A stretch of DNA of 64,000 nt, from the NCBI RefSeq assembly GCF_001194135.2, contig NC_068982.1, forward strand, positions 72,521,301 through 72,585,300, given 5' to 3'. The translations under genes and the position numbers were made by a program. Shown piece by piece: positions 25,868 through 39,190 of the stretch (within the stretch, counting starts at the first letter, position 1; every line of letters begins with the position of its first letter). Origin of the DNA: Octopus bimaculoides (taxonomy: Eukaryota). The notes under the pieces were generated by a model. The model saw only the letters and a program-made list of their open reading frames with translations. It ran no database searches and was not told the DNA's origin.

Positions 25868-26262
25868 AGGTGTGGCTGTGTGGTAAGAAGCTTGCTTCCC
25901 AACCACATGGTTCTGGGTTCAGCCCCACTGCATGGCATCTAAGGCAAATCTTCTACTATAGCCTTGAGCAGACCAAAGCACTGTGAGTGGATTTGGTAGA
26001 TGGAAACTGAAAGAAACCTGTTGTATATATATCTATGAGTGTGTGTTTGTGTCTACCCCCACCCCTCCTCCAATCACTTGACAACTGATGCTGGTGTGTT
26101 TACGTCCCTGAAACTTGGCAGTTCAGCAAAAGACACAGATAGAAAAAGTACTAGACTTACAAAGAATAAGTCCTGGGGTCAATTTCTTTGACTAAAACCC
26201 TTTAAAGTGGTGCTCCAGCATGACCGCAGTCAAATGACTGAAACAAATAAAAGAATAAAGAA
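25868..26262 (+). mobile_element. SINE-A full copy
   Basis: ggtgtggctgtgtggtaagaagcttgcttcccaaccacatgg...gactgaaacaaataaaagaataaaga. Confidence 0.85.
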
Positions 26263-27487
26263 CACATTTATGGCCTTGGAAATCTTATAATAATTCTGCT
26301 TGTCATTGCGTTACTTAGCCTGCTGGTAACACTCTCAGATGATTAGAGAAAAAGAGGGAGATAGAAAAAGAGGGAAAGAGAAGCATCCATGATGTGAGAG
26401 AGGGAATGTAATAGTAATGTTTCCATGTGATTAGTTGAAGGGAAAGAGAAGAGAAAGAAAAAAGAGAGAGAAAAAGAGGATAAGGCGAAGAGTGAGACAG
26501 AAAGAGGGAGGAAGAAAAAGAAGGAGAGACAAGCGTCCATGATGTGAGGCAGGGGGAACGTAATATTTATTATGTGGTTAAAAAAGTTACTTGAAGGTAG
26601 AGGAGGAGAGTTAAAATATAATTTTAGCAGAGGGGTGATGATCTGATGGTGAGATTAAAGAAAAGCAGAGAGAGAGAGATAGAGAGGAGGGAGAGAAAGA
26701 GAGAAGGGAGAGAGAAAGGGGGAGAAAGAGATGATGATGATGGTGGTGGTGAGTGAATAGTGAAAAGTGTATTTTTTTTAATTGAACTAAGTTTTTATAT
26801 CACTTATCACTTAATACATGCACATAAGTGCAATTCCGTGAAATATACGCGTTTATTTATGTGGCAGATATATGCAATTTAACTAAAGGTTGTATCATAT
26901 GTATGGGATATTTTTTTTGTTTATGGAAAAAAATAGAAAAATAAGAGTGAATATTTATTTTATGAATGCTGTGTATTAAGTCTATAAAATTGTGCATGAA
27001 GTATATAGAGTGTATATATAAAATGCATTAAGTAATCATTGTATTCCAAATTCTGCTTTTCAATGAATAGCAGATGAGTGACTATCTTTCCATAAAGACA
27101 CAACACAGGCTACACGTTCAGGTTTTTTCGATAAAGTTTTCAGAAATAAACCAATAGGTCTACCATTAATTCTGTGAAATACTCATGGATTGTGCTAGTT
27201 GGCAAAAATTAAACAAAAACAAGGTAAGACAAATAACTCAGTGGCCAGAGGCATGTTTATAAACAACATAGACAAATATAAGTATATGAAATACCATACA
27301 ACATAAATTTTTGATTTATTAAAATTATCTCTGCCTCTAAAGGATGTATTATGATTGCCAAATGACAATTGAAACCAGCCCCATACGAACATTTTTGAGA
27401 TTATCTCCATTTCTCATATAGAACTGGTCTTAATTGCCATTTGACAATCATGATACTTCCTCTAAAGGTGTTTGATATACCTGTATT

Positions 27488-27760
27488 TATCTATGCTGCT
27501 TATATACATGTCACTGGGCACATTGCACAACTTTGATTCCAGGACCGGGCTGTGTGTGTTGTCTTCTTGAGCAAGACACATTTTTTCACGTTGCGACATC
27601 ACTGGTACCAAGCTGTACCAGCCTTTGGCTTTGCCTTGGATAACATCGGTAGCATAGAGAGGGGAGGCTGGTGTGCATGGGTGACTACTGGTCTTCCATA
27701 AACAACCTTGCCTGGACTTGTGCCTCAGATAGTAACTTACTAGGTCATTCAAGATTGAAG
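27488..27760 (+). mobile_element. SINE-E (CORE-like centre, distinct 3' end); inverted relative at about 55270-55545
   Basis: cttgagcaagacacattttttcacgttgc...ggtcttccataaacaaccttgcctggacttgtgc. Confidence 0.65.
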
Positions 27761-28516
27761 GGGGTCTGTTCCATTCATTTATCCATGTTGCTTATGTACA
27801 TGCCACTGGGCACATTGAGTTACTTCTCTTGGCTCGTTTTTGTTTAATTTACGCAAATTTTAACCACACACGCCTGTGCCTGTATGATGACATTTAAGGA
27901 GAAATTGGTTGCTATTTCTAGAAAGTTGAGTGGTTACACAAAGACTTCCTCATTAAGCTCAATAATAATGAGGATTGTATTGGAATTGGATTTAGTTTCC
28001 TGTACCACCACCACCACCATCATCACCGCTTGTTGCTGACTCCTGTTGGCATGAAGGTCAAGTGAACTTTTGCTCTCTTACACTTTACATTGGGCTATAT
28101 TAATTCCAGCAGCTACTCTTTGGGCTTATAATGAATGAAACCAATACTTTGATAATGTGAACCAGACATAAAAATAAGTTGTCAAATCATTTCAGTTGGG
28201 AATTAAAGCTTGTGTGCCATTTATTTCTTTAAACACTTATCAACAGGTCAATAAACTGGTCCATGACTGATACATTCATGGACCAATTATATTACCATCA
28301 TCATCACCATCAGCTAATGTCCGTTTTCCATGCTAGCAAGGGTAGTATGTTTTGAAAGGATTCAGAGAGCTGTACAGCTGCATCAAGCTCCAGTATCAGC
28401 TTTGGCATGATTTCTATGGATGGGTGTCCTTCCTAATGCCAACCACCGCTACAGTACATACTGGGTGTTTTTCATGCCTCATAGATGGTATGTGTATCTG
28501 TACACACACACATACA

Positions 28517-28548
<32 letters not shown>

Positions 28549-28623
28549 TGTATGTATCAACACTATGATATAAGGTTGTATCATGGTGTCAACTTAGATT
28601 GGCTTCACTTAAAGATGATCACT

Positions 28624-28971
28624 TTAGCCCGTTTGTTACCATACTTCTGTTGAAATATACTACCTCTGCATCAATTAATTTTGAAAACAATGAAAAGTTT
28701 AGTAAAATGATTTAGTCATTATTAAGCCGGTGTCTGGGAAATAAATTAAGATGAAAGCTTAATGGAAGGTTTTAATATATGATCACTTTAACCCTTTTGT
28801 TACCATACTTCAGTTGAAATACACTGCTTTTATTTTAGTTAATTTTGCTGCTTAGAACAAAAATTAATATGAAATTTTAATGCAAAGGTTAAAATTAGAT
28901 CATTTTAAGACAGGAAGTTGGTGTCATAGAACCAGATGTAGTTTTGGACAGATTGGAATAGAAAGGGTTAA
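28624..28971. mobile_element. MITE-B (TTAA-flanked): truncated copy followed by a second copy starting at an internal TTAA (28788)
   Basis: ttagcccgtttgttaccatacttctgttgaaat... and ttaacccttttgtaccatacttcagttgaaat...gaaagggttaa. Confidence 0.75.
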
Positions 28972-30134
28972 AATAAATATGGACTCGACTGGAATACAAT
29001 AGTTTTGTTATTCTTTTTTGACTCACAGAAGATGGTTAGCAGTACAGTCTATTAGTTAGGCCTCATGTATCAATCAATCAATAATTGCAGATATTTTGGC
29101 ATCTATATGTATTTTCTTTGAATAAGGTGAAAGATGAAATGATTTTAAAGTGTAGTAATGTTCTATGAGGTTGCTGAAGTATATGAATAACTGTCAGTGA
29201 CCTTAACCTCTGCTTTTTTGTATGTCTAAACCACCTTCAGAATTTAGTAATTTTGCTTGCAAAATAGTGTGTGTGTGTGTGTAGTATGGAACATGCTATC
29301 ATTAAGGTAGTCTAAAGGTGATATTTATATTTGATTTTTCTTTTTTTTTATATTTATGATGATTAGTGCACTCAGAGACAACTGCACAGATTAGCATAAT
29401 CTATGAAGGGATTATTATATTAGTTATGTAGTGAGTGTGTTAGTAGCAGAGCCATAAATAGTGGGTCAGTATGCTTGTAAGGTAGTGGTTAGAGGGCTGG
29501 GAGAATAATAAGTATTTTTGAAGGGAATAAGTGAAATAATATTGCATATTAAATGCTTTAGTCTCTCAACACCTGACATAAAATAACCATCTTGTCCCTG
29601 TCAGATATTCCCTTCTACTTAGTTGGGTCTTTTTCCTTTTTCCTGTTAGGAAGGGCATCCTGCCATAGAAACCATATCAAAGCTGACATTGGAGCTTAAT
29701 GTGGCCCTGTGGCTCGTCAGATCTTGTCAAACTATCCAACTCATGCCAGCATGGAAAAACGAACATTAAATGACAATGATGATGTGGTAGCTAGTACAAT
29801 AGTCTGTTGTGAGATTACAGTTAAGGGATTAGTGATGGATTAATCAATTAAAGTGTATTAATAGAATAGTAGCAGATTAATGAGGTAGGGATTTAAGAAA
29901 GTGTAGTAGGTATGTATGATAGCTGTTATTTGATATCTTCATAGAAACTTAGACGGTGGACGGAAACTGGTGAGAGTGAAATGAAGTGAATATTGATGAT
30001 GAAATGGAGGTGAACAATTTAGTCGAAGGAGAAGACGAACAGTGAACATGAATAGATTGGTAGGAAATATATAAAAACAAAGGTGAAAACTGATTAATTG
30101 GGATAAAAAGATTGATTAATGAGAAAATGGAATG

Positions 30135-30335
30135 AGTAGATGGATACTAAAATTGAGTTTATCTATAATTACAAGAATGATGGACACTTCAACCAAGAAT
30201 GGCAAATGGTGGCAGTGGAGGTGGTAGGAATTATAAGGGTCCCAGTAATAATTGGTGGAGCTGAAGATTTCTGCAGAAAGTTAAATACGTTTCTAGTCAG
30301 TTTTAGCTTTGAAACATTTTTTCTTCCGTTAATCT
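30135..30335. repeat. About 190-bp dispersed repeat, copy 1 (copy 2 at 32703-32890)
   Basis: Shared gagtttatctat...acaagaatgatggacac...ggtggcagtggaggtggtagg...ggtggagctgaag...aaatacgtttctagtcagttt. Confidence 0.85.
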
Positions 30336-30659
30336 GCATTTTGTACTTGTATTGCTAGTAACTCGATCAAAGTCCATCTTGTGATAGTTGTAAATGAGTT
30401 TCACCATCACACAAGCAGTGTCATTTATTTCCAAACTTCCATGAAAGTATGGTCATTGGTAAATATAACTGTGCTTGGAAACAAGTGAGTAGTAGTGATA
30501 GGAAAGGCATCCAGCTGGAGAAATTCTACTTCAATGAGTTCCATTTAACCCATGCAAACATGCAAAAGTGGATGTTAAATCAAAGATGATGATGATGATC
30601 ATTTGTATAAGTAAATCAATACGTATTTATTTATACAAATAAACACATATTTACTTACA

Positions 30660-31032
30660 TAAAGGATCTTGCCTCCCAACCATATGCTTCTGGGCTCAGT
30701 CCTACTGTGTGGCACCTTGAGCAAGTGTCTTCCACTATAGCCTTGGACTGACCAAAGGCTTGTGAGTGGATTTGGTAGACAGAAACTGACAGAAGCCCTG
30801 TTGTGTGTGTGTGTGTATACATGTGTGTGTGTGTGGGGTGTTTGTCCCCCATCACTACTTGACAACCAGTGTTGGTGTTTACAGCCCTGTAACTTAGCAG
30901 TTGGGCAAAAGTGACCACTATAATAAGTACCAGGCTTTACAAAAAATAAGTACCAGGGTCAATTCATTCAATTAAAATTTTTCAAGGCAGTGCCCCAGCA
31001 TGGTCGTACTTTACTGACTGAAACAAGTAAAA
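30660..31032 (+). mobile_element. SINE-A
   Basis: ggcaccttgagcaagtgtcttccactatagcc...gactgaaacaagtaaaaga. Confidence 0.8.
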
Positions 31033-31184
31033 GACAAAAATCTCTTGAACCCAGTGCACATGCACTGCATTTTATGTACAGAGCATATGCATAGAATTTT
31101 GAACCCAATGCATATGCACAAGATTCTGAACATGTTGCACATGTGTCAAAATAGAAGCCCTTTGGCATGCATAGGAACTTCAAA

Positions 31185-31245
<61 letters not shown>

Positions 31246-32702
31246 GGTAGAAATTTCTAGCATATAGGAGTCCACTTTTGCTGGTCATCCCTCTTATTTT
31301 TTTTTATATATATATATATATGCAAAAATTTGAAGTCAATGAGTATGTGTGGATGAGGTGACAAAATTTTTGTTGCATATCTGCAACTTAGTTCCTAACA
31401 TTCTTCCGCTGAACTGCAGCGGAACTGTGTCAGTGATGACGCTGAAGTTGTGCACCGAAAATGTTGATACATCATTACCATCATCATCGTTTTAACATCA
31501 ACTTTTGCCATGCTTGCATAAGTTAGATGGAATTTGTGAAAGCAGATTTTCTTATTGACAGGATGCCCTTCCTATAGCTAACCTTTACCTGTTTCTAAGT
31601 AAGGTTAAATATGCCCATGACCAAACATGTTTACATAGAAGATTGGAAACAAAGAGCACTGCTTTTATAACAGTAACATTTACAAGTAACATGAAACGTC
31701 AAGGATACAGTAACACACACACACACACACACACGTGATGGGCTTCTTTAGTTTCTGTCCACAACAAATCCATTCACAAGGCTTTGGTCAGCTTGAGGTT
31801 ATAGTAGAAGACACTTACCCAAGGAGCCCCCCAGTGGGACTGAACCTGAAACCATATGTTTGGGAAGCAAACCTCTTACCACACATGCCACCACATGAAA
31901 TGAATTTGAAATTAAAGTGAATTTAAACAGTTTTGTCTATTTATTTGTTAGAATGGCTTACTGCTGCTACTAGCATTTAATGTCTGTTTTCCATACTGGC
32001 ATGGATCGGACAATTTGATAGGGTCCAATGACTCTCAGAGTGGTGTCGTCCCTCAATGTCAGCTTTAGCATAGTCTCTACAACCAGATGCCCTTTCTAAT
32101 GCCAGACACTTTACAATGTGTACAGGAAGCTATTTGTAACCAGCACTAGTGAGGTTGCCAAGTAACTTACAAGATAAAATAAAGAAAGGAAATGGTGAAA
32201 ACTACCTTGATTGGGTGGGAGTGGTCTTCCATGATGTCATTAGAAAAATAAAAAAAAAAAAAGAGAAAATCATTGAGATAGTTAGCAGTGAACAACAATT
32301 TGTGGTTGGAAGTAAACTAAAGTATGGTAAACACTATTGTTATTTAGTGTTCACTTTTTTCAATAATAACTTGTAGGAAAGTTATGTGAACACAAGCAAG
32401 CAAGCGAAAATATGGAAGAGAGCCAGTAGTTTATAAAATAGCCATCTCTAGACACTGAATCATCATAGTTCAAGAAAAGTAAATAAATAAAACAAACAAG
32501 CAAATAAACAAATAAAATAAAACACTAAAGAAAAAGGAAAGAAAAAAAGTGTGAACAAGCATTTTTGACATGTTACACCTGTAAAACTACTTTAGTTGGA
32601 CTAAATCCATTTGAGTAGGCAAAGAATTTTGTTCTCCTCTATCTTAACTTGCCTTTGAAAATATCTTCATTGTTGTCTGGGATGAGAAGATTGATAACAC
32701 GA

Positions 32703-32890
32703 TCAGAGTTTATCTATGACTACAAGAATGATGGACACCTCAACCTAGAATAGCAATTGGTGGCAGTGGAGGTGGTAGGGATTATAAGGATCCTAGTAAA
32801 AGTTGGTGGAGCTGAAGTTTACTACAGAAAGTCAAATACGTTTCTAGTCAGTTTAAATTTTGTAACATATTTTTTTCTTCCATTAATCTT
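32703..32890. repeat. About 190-bp dispersed repeat, copy 2
   Basis: Direct-orientation match to 30135-30335. Confidence 0.85.
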
Positions 32891-33059
32891 TGTTTCTTTT
32901 TATTTTTTAGTTTTTCTTTAGCTCTTTAAATGGTAATTTCAAAATACCAAGGTGCTTGTATTTTTTATTATCCTTTTTTTTTTTTACAGTAATACTGTAT
33001 ATTGCCAGTGGAGTTAATGACTGAAACTAATGAGTAAAAGATTGAGAAAAGATAGAGTA

Positions 33060-33093
<34 letters not shown>

Positions 33094-33818
33094 TTACATA
33101 AAAATTCTTCACCTAATTCTTTGGCAATTTTTTGAATGGCTATATATATCATCAGCATTTAACATACATGTTATGTGCTGGCATAAGTTGGATGTTTTGA
33201 TAGGATCTGATAGGCCCAAGGACTGCACTGTGCTTCAGTGTCTGCTTTGGCACGATTTCTATGGTTAGATGCCACTTAAGAACATGTACTAGGTGCTTTT
33301 ATTGTGCCACCAGCACCAGTGAGGTTGCCATGTAGCTTGCAAGACTCTGGACCCTGAATGGAGATGAGAAAACTTGATGGCAACAGAAAAAGAAGTAAAG
33401 AAGAGTAAAAGTATGAGAGAAAGGGTAAGAGCAGAACAGGTTTTTAGCTGTAGAGGAACAGTATCTGTGCAGGATGGATGAATGATTAAGAAGTTCATTT
33501 TGAAACAAGGTACCCACGGTTCAATGTCATACCATGGCATTTTTATGTATTTCGCATTCCACTGTTAAAAATGATTTTAGGTCTCTCAAAGTTTCTAATG
33601 TAAACAACAAAAAATTCTAACTGATGAGAACAGAACTACTAAAATAGGAGAAATTTGAAGGATTGCTTTAGTACAATAGCAGAACATCTGCCATGTTTAC
33701 AGAAGATGCAAATTCAGGCCTCAAGGGTAACCTTTGACTTTTCTATTCAAGGATTTTTAAAAAATCCAAATTTATGTCTTTATCTACTTCAAATTCCACC
33801 ATTAAAATTAATATATAT

Positions 33819-33901
<83 letters not shown>

Positions 33902-34080
33902 CATATACACACAAACACATGCATGTATGTATGATGTATGCAGTTTCTTAATGCCAGTATTAAAAGTTACTTGATCTTATATGATGTTAAGGACTCAAAT
34001 TTGATCAGTGCTGATGTTATACATACCTCCCCATGCAAAAACTGATGATTGCTAAGACTTTTAAAGATAAAGAGATTGCT

Positions 34081-34137
34081 AGATAGCTAGCTAGCTAGCT
34101 AGCTAGCTAGCTAGCTAGCTAGATAGATAGATAGAGA
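34081..34137. repeat. (TAGC)n-(TAGA)n compound tetranucleotide microsatellite
   Basis: Directly visible. Confidence 0.95.
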
Positions 34138-34615
34138 GTTTTACAGAGAAAGAGAGGTATTAATTGTTTGGGAGATTAAAAGATTTGTTGTGAAGGAGAA
34201 AATGCAGTAAAATTCAGATTCAATAAACAGAAATTCTATAATCAAATATATTTAAACTGAATTATCCAATTATATAGCCAAGATCAAGAAGTAAGCGAGT
34301 GGATCCAGAAGTCACAGCCTAGTTACAGATGAAATAAGACTAGCAGTTCATAGGGTTTATGCAGAATTTTGCACATATGCAGGAATGCGCATGCATGCAC
34401 ACACATACATATGTACACACACCTACTCTGCAGATGTTCTTCTAAGTGCAGAATGCATTTAGATTGTATTATAAATGCTTATGCTTAAATAGTACAAATT
34501 TCATTAATAGATGTGTGTGTGTGTGTGTGTGTTTTGTACTTAGAACTCTGCAGATGTTCCAAGTACAGAATGCATTTTAGATTGCATTTTACATACGTAT
34601 GCTGAAATTGTGCAA

Positions 34616-34649
<34 letters not shown>

Positions 34650-34657
<8 letters not shown>

Positions 34658-35330
34658 TAGTTATAGAACAAAAACGCTGGGTTAACGACTCAACATATCA
34701 CACCCCCTCAATGAACATATATAAGATATACAACATAATCTGTCAAACATACGGAATAAGAAGATATAATGTAAGAAAAATAACGTAAGAAGAAATGATA
34801 AATAAAAGAATAAGAAATATATAAGAAGTAAGATGCAAGAAACAGAACATATAGTATAAAGTTTTATACACGAATATATTATACCAACCGATAACATACA
34901 AATGAAAAAAATTGAGTTAAAGGTATAACACAATACACATATATATCATTTCATAGAAGTTAAAAATAATACGATTAAAAATTTCAAATATATAATAGAA
35001 TATAGGTCGATATAAAAAATAAAATAAAATAAAATAAAGAAATGAGGTACCATAAAGTAGTCCATTGGTTAAAAATCAAGGACAGAAATGATTTAACACC
35101 ATTTAGAGTTAAAACACAAAGTTCTACATCTCCCTCGGGCACATTTTACAATTCAAAACCAGTAGACACGAATAGGCAAGTCAGCACCAGTTAGGCACAT
35201 ACAAGAGTGAATAACAGGCACACAGCAGGTATCAGCAGGTAAAACATGTAAAATTTAATTCCGCTCACCATGTCCAAAAGTTCACAACACATGGGTCAAA
35301 ATACAAATACAGCACCCAGCAGGTATCAAT
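34650..35330 (-). mobile_element. Possible LTR-retrotransposon 3' region (PPT-like gaggggg followed by TGTGATATG at 34702)
   Basis: Only the PPT/TG junction and strand-biased composition; no coding relic recognised. Confidence 0.25.
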
Positions 35331-36969
35331 CAGTAAAATCAATTTCACAAATATTTCTGTCTCACTATTGGCTGAAAATACAGTTTTTCTGATTTTTAAA
35401 CTTCTGTAACATTTACCTCCAATTTTTTTCTCCACAACATCATACCTTCATAGCAATGAGACTGGAAGACTACATTATTATAGGTGATTTTCAGATTTTT
35501 TACTTCCTTTCAAAAAATGCATATTTTGCAAATCAGTTTGACTAGATCCAAATTTCCATTTAGTAATCAATACGTAGTCCTGTTCATGAATAGAGACATG
35601 CACAATTATTACCAATAAATTTGTTTGCATTGGGCCTCAAGTTCAAAGAACCTAGTTGAAATCCATTGCAAGCATTTGTGTAACTCACTGAATTCTAAGC
35701 ACCTCTGTTCACTGGACTGTTGAAAAATAAATGTCAGATTATTTGAAAACATTTGGCCTCCCGAGTAGACTGTCATAATTATTCAGGAGGTGATGTCTTT
35801 CTCATTTGTTTAAAACCATGAAAACAGTTTAAGTAGCCACTCTTAAAAATGACATGTTGTTTAACCCTAGGTCAGTCTCTAATCAGGTAAATGTGTTCCA
35901 GTAATGACCATTCCATCTATTAATACTTTCAAATACAATATATCTGAGACCCCATTATCTAGCATGTGTTTCTATTTTTATTGTAGGGATATGGTATAAA
36001 TGATGGCCCATATCTTAGTGGCTAGGGTGTTGCTGTCATGACTGCAAGATCATAGTTTCGATTCTTGAACTGGGTGGTGCATTGTGTTCTTGAGGAAAAC
36101 ACTTCATTTCACATTGCTCCTGTTCACTTTGCTGTAAATGAGTGACCCTGAGATGGATTGATGTTCAGTTCAATGAGAAATTTGTGATCTCAGTCACTTA
36201 CATCCCATTGAAACTGGTAAATGGTCTTATTAATCTTTAGGACTTGAGACAATAGTGTCCAGAGGTTGATAATAATGATGAAACTTTGGATGGTATTTGT
36301 AGCAAGTCAAGTGACTACATAGAGGCCCTCTAATGTATATATATTGGAAACATTTATATTTACAAACTGATGAAAAAAAAAAATGAAAGAGGAGAAGGTA
36401 AACCAAATGTAGGACAATGGGATATTTGAAAATTGGCAAATTGTCTTTTTAAAAGAGAACAAATGAGGAATATTGCCCAAAAGAAAGGAAATGTTGCTAC
36501 TTATTCTCACCATCACCATTGTTTTTATTCACTTTCTATGCTAGTATGGATTAGACAGGCCGTTATTGCTTTCCTAGATGGGTGAGAGAAATTGCTTGTA
36601 ACATAAATTTACTTTGGGCTTGGTTTCCAGGCTTCATCGTCTTTCTGGTATGGTTTCTACAGTTGGATGCCCTTCCTAATGCCAACCACTTTACAGAGTG
36701 TACTGGGTGCTTTTTACATGGCACCAGCACAATATGCTCAATTGTGAACTGTGTGTGTAACGCTTATCATGGACTAATCTGTGATAACAGAGTCGGCAGG
36801 TAATCAGTCACTCTGCACGTACCACAAAAATACACCTTGGTGACCATCCACAATACTCATCTACCCAGAATGCACTGTCACTTTGGTTTACATGACTGTG
36901 CAGTGAGGTAGTGTAATTTTTTATATTGATTTACAAACACATACACATCAACATGAGATCAGTGAATAA

Positions 36970-37190
36970 AAGAAGGTAGAGATGATCAAGAAAATATGCG
37001 ATGGTAGGAGTTTTGTCATGGTGGACTGTAAGTCTGGTGTCAATGAATCTACCATTCATTCCATTTATGAAGTACATAGAGATGGTTCATTTACTGCTGT
37101 TTTTTTTTAAATCAACAACCTCCATGGTAAATGAGGATGGCTGTAGTATAGGAGTACTCACCTGGAAACCTTCGGATAATTTGGTGTTGT
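36970..37190 (+). pseudogene. Tigger/pogo transposase N-terminal (HTH psq-type) relic
   Basis: KKVEMIKKICDGRSFVMVDCKSGVNESTIHSIY resembles the KxExIxxxxxGxSxxxIARxYGVNESTIRxI motif of Tigger transposases; frameshift in the T-run at about 37100. Confidence 0.55.
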
Positions 37191-37789
37191 AAATGGATTA
37201 CATCCTTACTCTATTTTTATGTTAGTCTTTTATATACCAAACCACAAATACAGACTGAGCAAGAATTTATCTCCAAAAGCAACAACACATTTTCCAAAGA
37301 CTTATTTACATCGATAAAAAAAAAAAGAAAAAGAAATATAAGACCTAAGGAAGTAAATCTTAAATTTTCCAAGATATTTGCTAAGTAAACAGATATAAAG
37401 TGATTTAAATGAAATAATTTGAATATTTGATCGATTGAAATAACATAATATTGATTAAAGATTTCTTTCCATTTCTTTCGGTCATTCTTTTATGTTTTTA
37501 TATATTCATTATTTTTGTTACATATTTTGTTATATATTCTTTTATATTTTTGTTTGTTTGTGTCACTCTTACTGAAGACTATTTCTTAACATAAAAAACA
37601 CACACACACACCCACAAAGAAAAAAAATACCTCGTACAAAACAAAATAAATCAAAATAAGGAAACATTGACACCAGTCAGCAACAAGATCTGAACAGTTT
37701 TAATGAGCCACATGGTGATGTCAACAGAAATCTAAAGAAATTGCATTGATGAACTTAAAGCAGCAAAATCTGGAATAGGAATATAGACA

Positions 37790-38185
37790 GCAGGCATGGC
37801 TGTGTGGTTAAGAAGTTTGCTTTGCAACCATGTGGTTTAGGGTTCAGTCCCACTTTGCAGCGCCTTAGGTAAGTGTCTTCTTCTATAAATCCTGTCTGAT
37901 CACTGTGTTTTGAGTGAATTTGGCAGATGGAAACTGTGTAGAAGCTTGTGTGTGTGGTTTCTGCGTCTATATCTTGTGTGTGTGTGTGTGTATGTATAAA
38001 CATGTGTGCATGTATGTGTGTATCTTTGCATTTGTGTATGTCACCTCTACTACTACCTGACATCTGGCCTTGGTTTGTTTATGTCTCAGTAACTTAGTGG
38101 TTTGGTAAAGGAAACTGATATAATAAGTGCCAGCCTTAAAAATAAATACTGGAGGCAATTTGTGCAATTAAAACCTTTCAAGGTT
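37790..38185 (+). mobile_element. SINE-A, diverged
   Basis: ggcatggctgtgtggttaagaagtttgc...aaaacctttcaagg. Confidence 0.75.
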
Positions 38186-38396
38186 AAGCAGTCAAGTTGT
38201 ATATTGGTGTGTGTGTATGTGAGCAATGACATAAAGACTAATGCTTTGAGCATGGAGTGAAGAGACCTTTAAAGAAAAGCCTGTGGAATGTTAAACATTC
38301 AGATCCCTAAACATTTATTCTGAAGGTTCACTTCAATTAAAAGGAACTGGGAAAAACTTGAGGTGAGGACAAAGACTTATTATTTAATTTGCTGTT

Positions 38397-38483
<87 letters not shown>

Positions 38484-38726
38484 AAAGCCTGGCAGCTAAG
38501 TAAAGTAAACATCAATGATGATACTATACTCTATGAAAAAGTCAAAAATGTATTAGATTTTACTAGAAACTGAAATCTGCATAATGTAAAATAACAATGG
38601 TTGATTATGATTATGTAAGATCATGAAGAAAGAAGAGCATACACTGTACTCAATGGCATATAAGATGTACTTGCTCAATATGTCAACATGGGTCTTGTAT
38701 GCGATGCTGGTCCTATTATTACATGC

Positions 38727-38934
38727 TTCAACCCTTTGGCATTTAAACTGACCAAATTCAGCCCAAATATTCTACCTATTTGATGTTCAAAAAGGTCAGA
38801 TACTGCCTTTCACATCTACCCTACAATCACATCATCGAAATCTTGAAGCCACAAGATAATGCATGATTAATTCAAAACAACATGAGCATGTAACCATTGC
38901 CTTTGACAGAGTAATCTAAATGCTAAAGGGTTAA
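38727..38934. mobile_element. MITE-A
   Basis: ttcaaccctttggcatttaaac ... aaatgctaaagggttaa. Confidence 0.8.
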
Positions 38935-39190
38935 TGTGCTAAACACATATTTTCCCTGAACATGTGATGCTGAAATTGGAGTGTGTCTAATATGCCCATG
39001 TGTCCCCCAAAATCAGCATGCTGTACTGGTTCTGTTCTTAAGCAAAACCCTTCATTTTACATTGCTTCAGCACACCCAACTTTAAATGAGTTTCCTGCTA
39101 CAAATTTGTAACTTGTTCAGAGGGGCATGTTGTAATCTCCATAAGCTATATGCCATGGAAACTGGGTTAAACTGAGTTCTAGAGATCACA

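Noticed and set aside
25387-27410. Two minus-strand ORFs sharing TSxRGxDxFN...YVVWYxIY, suggesting paralogous exons
   Set aside because: Codon comparison shows mostly non-synonymous differences; similarity is explained by a diverged nucleotide repeat.
31320-31455. Possible Penelope-like terminal segment (gatgacgctgaagttgtgcaccgaaa)
   Set aside because: Too short and no RT or GIY-YIG motif could be translated.
37150-37215. Perfect minus-strand donor CAG|GTGAGT at 37162/37161
   Set aside because: Lies inside a Tigger transposase relic on the opposite strand, and the upstream acceptor lacks a pyrimidine tract; likely chance. It also shows how often such motifs occur at random here.
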